From Alloascoidea hylecoeti (taxonomy: Eukaryota): a DNA stretch of 64,000 bases. The notes beneath the pieces are model-generated. The model worked only from the letters and a program-made list of their open reading frames with translations, did no database searches and was not told the origin of the DNA. Location of the stretch: contig BCKZ01000019.1 of NCBI GenBank assembly GCA_001600815.1, positions 62,001-126,000 on the forward strand, given 5' to 3'. A program made the translations under genes and the position numbers. Shown piece after piece: positions 56,879 through 64,000 of the stretch (position 1 is its first letter; the number at the start of each line of letters is the position of its first letter).

Positions 56879-58552
56879 ATGGCACATTACGATGCAGTTA
56901 GCATTCCTGGGACAACTCATATTTTAGCTTTGCAAGAAGAAGTTCTAAAAAATAGTAATGGTCAAAATATTAAACAAGATGGAAATATTATTTTAGTACC
57001 ACAACCATCAGATTCGCCAAATGATCCATTAAACTGGTCAAAATGGAGAAAGTTTTATCACTTTTTACTCGTCAGTTATATAACGGGCTTAACTGCAGCC
57101 ACATCCAATGACGCAGGCGCTACACAAGACGATTTAAATGAAAAATATGGAATTTCTTATAATTCAATGAACACTGGTGCCGGTGTTTTATTTATTGGTA
57201 TCGGTTATGCTGTTTTGATTTTATCCCCAACTGCTTCGTTATATGGTAGAAGAATTGCGTATTTATTTTGTATACTTTGTGGGTTATTGGGTGCTGTCTG
57301 GTTTGCTCAAAGCAAGAAAACTTCTGATACAATTTGGAGTCAACTTTTTGTCGGAATATCTGAATCATGTGCTGAAGGTCAGGTTCAGTTATCGTTAACT
57401 GACATTTATTTCCAACACCAAATTGGCTCAGCTATTACCGTCTATATCTTAGCTACTTCTGTAGGTACTTATCTTGGACCTTTAATCGCTAGTTTTATTG
57501 TTGAAGCTCAAGGGTTTAGATGGGTTGGATGGTGGGCCGTCATCATTTCTGGCGCGACTCTTGTTGTTCTTGGATTTTCCTTGGAAGAAACCTATTTTGA
57601 TAGATCTAAATTCTTGACAAAGCATTATAATAGTACAGCTGACTCAATTGAAGATTCGGATAATATGCATGTAGATGACAAGGAAAAGGGTTATTCAAAA
57701 AATGGACCCAGAGCTCGAACAGATAATGTTTCACAAATATCTAGTGGTCCTCATGATTGTGGAGCCTCTGATCCAAAGAAACCATTCTGGAAACGTATTG
57801 CTTTAATCACACCTTCAACTAATATAAAAGGTTTGGGATTTAAACAGTATGCTCATCGTCTACTTCATACTTGTCGTGTCTTTGCATTTCCAGCTGTTAT
57901 ATATTCAGGTCTTCAGTGGGGTGCACAAGATGCTTGGTTGTCATTCTATCTTACAACGGAAGATGATGAATGGTATGGCCCTCCTTGGAATTATGGTAAC
58001 ACCGGTGTTGGGTTAATGAATGTTCCTTGTCTGATTGGAGCAATAATTGGTTGCATATATGGTGGTTCATTCTCTGATTATTTTGTTTTACAGATAGCAA
58101 AGAAAAGAAATGGTATTATGGAAGCAGAAGATAGATTATGGCTTATGTTATTGGCTGGAATAATCAGTCCCACTGGAATGTTTTTATTTGGAATTGGTTC
58201 TGCCAAAGGTATGTCCTGGCCAATGCCTTATGTTGGATTGGGGCTGATAGGATTTGGATGGGGTTGTGCCGGTGATTTAAGTATGTCTTATCTCATGGAT
58301 GCCTATCCTGAAATGGTTTTAGAAGGTATGGTCGGTGTTGCTGTTATTAACAATTCATTGGCTTGCATATTTACATTTGTTTGCTCTTATTGGCTTGAAA
58401 GTGCTGGAACTCAAAATTCTTATATCGCAATTGGAGTACTTGATTTCTTTTTTATTATGCTAACTATTCCTATGATTATGTATGGAAAAAAGTGTAGGCT
58501 TTGGACTAAAGATTATTATAACAATTTTGTCCAGCTTAGAGATGGATTATAA
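56879..58552 (+). CDS. HOL1: Hol1 MFS (DHA1) polyamine/histidinol transporter
   Basis: IPGT..LVPQPSDSPNDPLNWS, ITGLTAATSNDAG..GISYNSMNTGAGVLF, YSGLQWGAQDAWL, GWGCAGDLSMSYLMDAYPEMVLEGM. Confidence 0.93.
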   Translation: MAHYDAVSIPGTTHILALQEEVLKNSNGQNIKQDGNIILVPQPSDSPNDPLNWSKWRKFYHFLLVSYITGLTAATSNDAGATQDDLNEKYGISYNSMNTGAGVLFIGIGYAVLILSPTASLYGRRIAYLFCILCGLLGAVWFAQSKKTSDTIWSQLFVGISESCAEGQVQLSLTDIYFQHQIGSAITVYILATSVGTYLGPLIASFIVEAQGFRWVGWWAVIISGATLVVLGFSLEETYFDRSKFLTKHYNSTADSIEDSDNMHVDDKEKGYSKNGPRARTDNVSQISSGPHDCGASDPKKPFWKRIALITPSTNIKGLGFKQYAHRLLHTCRVFAFPAVIYSGLQWGAQDAWLSFYLTTEDDEWYGPPWNYGNTGVGLMNVPCLIGAIIGCIYGGSFSDYFVLQIAKKRNGIMEAEDRLWLMLLAGIISPTGMFLFGIGSAKGMSWPMPYVGLGLIGFGWGCAGDLSMSYLMDAYPEMVLEGMVGVAVINNSLACIFTFVCSYWLESAGTQNSYIAIGVLDFFFIMLTIPMIMYGKKCRLWTKDYYNNFVQLRDGL

Positions 58553-59401
58553 TCTCACTATAAAAGTAAAAAATAAAATAAAAAGCTCTCTTTGTTTATG
58601 TTTGTCTTCATATTAATAATGTTAGTGATACATGCCCTATGTAATATTAACAGTAATAAAATATTTCACCTATGTCTCTGATAAATATTAGCGATTTCTT
58701 TGAAAATTAATTAAGATAATATGGGGAAAATATTTAGTGGCACTTATTGAAATTAATTAGCCACACCTAGTAATTTAACAGGCCCACCCTTTGGCGACTC
58801 CTATGAAAAGTATTTAGCCAAAACGCCTGAAAATAATTAGTGAACGAATAAGGAAACATCCTCCAATGTAATTGCAAAGTGATAATACTGACTAACTGTT
58901 ACACCAAGTAGACCACAAGATAGGAGTAGAATATTCCCTTGAGGATCCACCCTCTACATTGAGGCTATTCACACCTATACCGAATCAACCAACTTGATGA
59001 TCCAGAGTCAATAATTGTTTTTAATTAAGACGTTTTTGTATGAGATATTTTTAGTTTGCTGAATTTAATGTATAGAACAACATGACTGGTAACGACCATC
59101 TCTCATCTCATCTCATCTTTTAATCATCACAACTTTTATTATTACCTTCTGTGATTTCCTCTACAAACGATACTCAAATATCTCAATCTACATCGCCTCG
59201 TTCACACTTAACATTAGTTTAAATGTTAACTACTGGACATGATCTAAAAAGTTTTCTCGTCTGGTTCATCTACAACATAAGATCTTGTGTCTTTATTGGA
59301 TATTTACTAACGAAACTATCATGTCTCTCGGTTATCGATGAACCCCATAGTGATTCTTATTACAATTCAAATGTTTTGTTTTGTCATTTTGTTATTTTGT
59401 T

Positions 59402-59630
59402 TCTAAGAACCTGTTGCCAGAAGTTATTGGCCATCAAATATTGGACTTTATAACTGATGATGATTTTAACGCCGTTATGTTATTGAGGCATATTGCTACC
59501 ATCTATCCTTCGATGTAATAAGCTTGGACATAATTTATTTTTAGTGCTGTTCACCATTATTCATAAGATGCCAATGACTATAAAGATATCCCACAATTAT
59601 TTATTATCCATTCCCCTTTTCTCTTATAAA
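59402..59630 (+). pseudogene. Possible F-box gene relic
   Basis: The frame reads SKNLLPEVIGHQILDFITDDDFNAVMLLRHIATIYPSM**AWT*FIF: an F-box-like pattern followed by several stops. Confidence 0.25.
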
Positions 59631-60270
59631 CTTTTTTTCAACTAAAGATACCTTGGTAATACGATATATAAATCGGCTGCTACTCCAACTTCAGCTGTTA
59701 CTCAGGAGGACCGTTAGATGATATATATCGATTTTTATTTAAAAATATGTCTCTTGGTAAAAAGCATGATAATGGAGAAGAATTCTAAGTGGCTAAGAAT
59801 CAATTAAAATCCAAATCCACCAAATCACCATCAATAGCAATCCATCATTCTAAAAGGGTTAGATTAGTTTTCTTAACTATGTTTCGTTGATTTTACCTGT
59901 CTTTAATATATGTAAGTTGATATCCATACAATACGTCAAAAAAACATAAAAATCATAAAGCAGGTAAGTGAAAAAGGTATATATTTATAAATGATGCATC
60001 AACTTTCCTGTTCTTTGTGTATAAACTGATCATCTCCATGGCCGTGTTCGGTATGTTTAACTTCTTATAATTAGTACTTGTTTGAATATGAGCTTGAAAT
60101 GTAATAGTCATTAATAGTTTATAATCATTAATGCAAACTTATTTATAGATATGATTTAATTCATATTTGTAAGAACACTTTTCCTTTAATACTTTATCAG
60201 TATTTTATTATTCACAATAGAGAAATTTTCATCATCATAATATTATACAAAGAATATATTAATTATTAAT

Positions 60271-61068
60271 TTAACTAATTGTACCAATTATAGAATCTAT
60301 ACCTATTTTATCATTATTTTTAAAATTATTTTCCTTCTTAACAATATCGTCTTTTATTGAATCATTTTTCTTATTGGTTTGATTACCATTAATACCATTG
60401 GTACCATTTTCTTTTTTTGGTTCATTGTCTTTAATATCAACAGTTCCTCCATTCCATACATTAACATTAAATTGATATCCTGTAAACGATTTGATATTTA
60501 CTTTTGCTTTTTTCCATTTTCTACATGGTTTCCCTGATCGATCAAGAACTCGTATTTGAGCATTAACATTTGATGATAAATTGCTCTTTACTGTAACTTT
60601 TGGAGCACTAACTGGAGCAATCACCGTTGCAGTTGGTGTATTAGCATGTGTTGAATCAGGTCCTGGTGAGGCAGTTGCTTCGGGGGCAGGTGATGATAGC
60701 AATCCAACGCCACCTGTGCCCTTCCGTTTCGCTGAACGTTTAGTATTTTTGGAAGCTTTTTTCTTTACAGTGCTTGTATTAGTATCGTGATCCTCTTCGA
60801 AAGGCAAGGGACTTGACATCATTATAGGTGATGATGGCACATCATTACTTTTAATACTTAGGTTTTGATTCTTAAATGTGATGGGTTCTTGGGTTGGTAA
60901 TCCTTTCTTTATTGAAGACGAGGATGGTAGTGAAAGGTTTGACGCTATACTTTTCAATACACTTGGTTTGAGGTGTAACACAACTGGTTTGGATGGTGTA
61001 GCAAGTCGTTTTATTTTTATTGATGGAATAGGAGCTTTCCTTGCGTTTATGGCACTCCAACTAGACAT
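60271..61068 (-). CDS. IES4: INO80 complex subunit Ies4-like
   Basis: VVLHLKP near the N-terminus; C-terminal VNAQIRVLDRSGKPCRKWKKAKVNIKSFTGYQFNVNVW matches the recalled fungal Ies4 motif. Confidence 0.72.
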   Translation of the reverse strand: MSSWSAINARKAPIPSIKIKRLATPSKPVVLHLKPSVLKSIASNLSLPSSSSIKKGLPTQEPITFKNQNLSIKSNDVPSSPIMMSSPLPFEEDHDTNTSTVKKKASKNTKRSAKRKGTGGVGLLSSPAPEATASPGPDSTHANTPTATVIAPVSAPKVTVKSNLSSNVNAQIRVLDRSGKPCRKWKKAKVNIKSFTGYQFNVNVWNGGTVDIKDNEPKKENGTNGINGNQTNKKNDSIKDDIVKKENNFKNNDKIGIDSIIGTIS

Positions 61069-61334
61069 TTTTAGAAATAATACAAATAATATTGAAGTAC
61101 TAAAGATGAAAGTGTTGTTTTATTTGTTTGAAGGGTTGCACGTGGATGAAAACATCCACGTGAATGGACGAAGAATTCAAAAAAGAATGTTAAACATGGG
61201 TAAAGTGCTACAGAATAAATAGATAAAATATAAATTTTATATTATCAACTTCATAAAACAATACTGTATACAATTCTTAATTTCAAGTATATATAAACTA
61301 AACTATATATGGATATCTTTCACAAGAGCAAAGC

Positions 61335-63176
61335 TCAGTGATGGAATAATCTGATATTGTTCTCAACATAAACAACACCAAATGAATCAGCAGCAGCCAA
61401 AACAGCTTTATCTTGAACAGAACCAGAAGGAGCAGCAATATATTTAACACCACTTCTAACAGCTCTATAAACATTATCAGAAAATGGAAAGAATGCATCA
61501 GAAGATAAAGCAACATTATCTAATTTATTTAACCATTCTTGACGTTCTTCTGAAGTTAAAGGAGTTGGAATTTCAACAAATTTATTTTCATAATCAGATT
61601 TTTCAGGTTCAGTAGTCGGGATTTGATTTGTAACAAATAAATCAATTGCATTACTCTTATCTGGTCTTTTTGTTCCTTTTGCCCATTTAAATCCAAGAAC
61701 TCTTGGATGTTGACGTAACCACCAATTATCAGCTTTATCACCAGCTAATCTAGTACAATGAATTCTTGATTGTTGACCAGCACCTAAACCAATAACCATA
61801 CCATTTTTAGCATAACAAACAGAATTTGATTGCGTATATTTTAATGCAATAGTTGCAACAGTTAAATCAATAATTGCATTATCGTTAATATTTTTATTTT
61901 CAGAAATTATTTCTTTAAATGAATGAGAATTAATTATTGCATCATTTCTCTTTTGTGATAAATTAATTCCATAAACTTGACGAGTTTCGACTTGTGGTGG
62001 TGTATAATTTGGATCAATTTGTAAAACACAATATTTTCCACCTTTTTTCCTTTTCAAGATTGCTAATGCTTCTGGTTCATAACCTGGTGCAATAACACCA
62101 TCACTAACTTCTTTTGAAATGATCCTTGCAGTTGAAACATCTACAATGTTAGATAAAGCAATCCAATCACCAAAACTACTCATTCTATCAGCACCTCTTG
62201 CTCTAGCATAGGCATTTGCTAAAGGAGATAGGTTTTCAATATCTTGAACAAAATATACCTTTTTTTCAACTTCAGACAAAGGTAATCCAACAGCTGCGCC
62301 GGCAGGGGACACATGTTTAAATGAAGCAGCAGCAGGCAAATTCAAAGATGCACTTAATTCCTTAACCAATGGCCATGAGTTTAAAGCATCCAATAAATTG
62401 ATATAACCAGGAGATCCCGAAAGAACCTTGAAAGGTAGGACACCTTCAGTTACATAAGCCTGGGCAGGTTTTTGATGAGGATTTGCACCATATCTTAAAG
62501 GTAATTGAGAAATACCTTCTGAATACTTCTTTCTAAAAAAATCTGAAATTGCAGAATCGTAATCAGCAGTATGTTCAAAAGCTTTCAAGGCAAAGATTTT
62601 CTTTGATTGATCAGTAATTTCACCTTTTTTCAATTCTTCCAAAAAACTTGGATAATCATTTGGATCAGATAAAATAGTAACTCTAGAATGATTTTTAGCA
62701 GCAGCTCTTAATAAAGTAACACCACCAATATCGATTTCTTCAACAGCTTCATCAATTGTAACATTAATTTTAGAAACAGTTTGTTTAAAAGGATATAAAT
62801 TACAAACGACAAAATCAACTTTTTCAATATGTTGATCGGCCAAATCTTTTTCATCTGATTCTATATTACGAGCTAAGATACCAGCATGAACGGCAGGATG
62901 AAGAGTTTTAACCCGTCCCGACAACATCTCCGGTGCATGTGTAATAGTACTAACATCTCTTTATAATCAACAATATTAGAAAAATGGGATCAATTGATCA
63001 ATGGATCAATAAAAAAGATCTACTTACTCAACAGGGAAACCAGCTTCTCTGACCATTTTGGCAGTACCACCAGAAGCTAATAATCTGACGTTGTTTTGGA
63101 CCAATCCTTTGGCTAAATCCAAAAGACCTGTTTTGTTATAAACGGATATAATGGCTGTTTTCCTTGCTTCCGACAT
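61335..63176 (-). CDS. ADE16: AICAR transformylase/IMP cyclohydrolase (Ade16/17), 2 exons (63176-63028, 62958-61335)
   Basis: [62 protein letters not shown]-terminal RLFHH. 69-nt intron GTAAGT..AAG. Confidence 0.97.
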
Positions 63177-63261
63177 GATGAAAAATCAAAAAGTTTGCCT
63201 GGTTTTCGGTTGAAGTTTCAGAGGTTTGAAGGTTTGGGCAGAGAATAAAGAAAAATTGAAG

Positions 63262-63268
63262 TGACTCA
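63262..63268. promoter_or_regulatory. Gcn4/Bas1-type site TGACTCA in the ADE16 promoter
   Basis: Perfect TGACTCA 86 bp upstream of the ADE16 ATG, a TGATTCA variant ~20 bp away, and TTACCC between them. Confidence 0.6.
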
Positions 63269-63329
63269 CAAGTTACCCTGACTGATTCACGGACGTCCAA
63301 ACCTCCATCACCAGAAATTGTACAACACA

Positions 63330-64000
63330 ATGTCTAACTCTGCTACTTCCGCAACTTCTCCAGCAGATATCTCCTGGAGAGCCAGAAACTTAGGTATGTA
63401 AAAAAATGAAATAGTGAAACAGAAAATTTCAATTGTCAATTTTAAATTTTGAATTTGCAATTTTCGATTGTGTTTTGAATGTGATTATTAACAAAATCTT
63501 AGGTCCCCTTGAGCAATACTTTACTGTCAGAAGTGAAAAAGATCTTTATAAATCGATTTTAGTCTCCGCTTCTTATTCTACTCCAATCTCTAAACCGGAA
63601 TTAATCAGAGCCGTTAGAGCTGTGGTCTTGGATAATCCAATTCTATCTGCAAATGTCTTTCAACTTGAAGATGGTTGTAAATCAGCCTGGTTAGGAATTG
63701 TCCCCTCTTTTGACATTGAATGTGCAATTGAATATAGGTATACTTCCGATAAATACGGTCCTAATAAAATGCCAGAGGATGGTTCTATTTTTCAATTTAC
63801 TGCGGATCTATTTCCTGGGTTAATGAATGAAGGTTTTAGTTCAAATTTAAGTCAGCAAGATAAAGTTTTATGGAAATTAATTGTTTTAAATAATACAGAG
63901 GTTTGTTTTATTTATGATCATTGTTTAGCTGATGGAATGTCAAGTTGTTTCTTCCACGATTCTTTATTTAAGAAACTAGTTGAATTTGAAAATCAACCTT
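63330..64000 (+). CDS. Alcohol acetyltransferase family (Atf1/Sli1-like), 5' part, intron 63394-63502; runs off the window
   Basis: WRARNL|GPLEQYF..LIRAVRAVVLDNPIL, then WKLIVL..CFIYDHCLADGMS containing the HxxxD catalytic motif. Confidence 0.85.

Noticed and set aside
1..64000. CRISPR arrays, LTR retrotransposons, rRNA genes
   Set aside because: No repeat-spacer arrays, gag/pol motifs, TG..CA direct repeats or rRNA sequence seen.

Overview
AT-rich, intron-rich budding-yeast (Saccharomycotina) chromosomal DNA using the standard code (CTG sits at conserved Leu positions in Nem1). The first ~8 kb has no intact gene: it holds a decayed Fot1/pogo-type DNA transposon with terminal inverted repeats, a possible MITE and a decayed reading frame. 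The rest carries about 25 housekeeping genes: HEM12, ENG1/DSE4, IFH1-like, KRE6, an F-box gene, GTB1, a hexose transporter, AIM6-like, ECO1, NEM1, kinesin-1, GCD6, a degenerate aldo-keto reductase, AUR1, BYE1, RPL14, SFT1, CAP1, a HAD phosphatase, RPS8, RRP5, HOL1, IES4, ADE16/17 and a partial alcohol acetyltransferase, plus tRNA-His(GUG). I reconstructed 21 spliceosomal introns by hand that the ORF track misses. The most notable hidden structure is an apparent spliced non-coding host transcript between RPL14 and SFT1, whose introns carry three box C/D snoRNAs: snR87-like, U24/snR24-like, and a ~186-nt orphan. Other highlights are long-range stems that staple together the ends of both long ribosomal-protein introns, a single MLPF* uORF in front of the polyamine transporter HOL1, two apparent pseudo-enzymes, sharp GC peaks at some gene 5' ends, and chains of overlapping short palindromes in non-coding DNA. 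All homology calls come from recalled motifs, not database searches.
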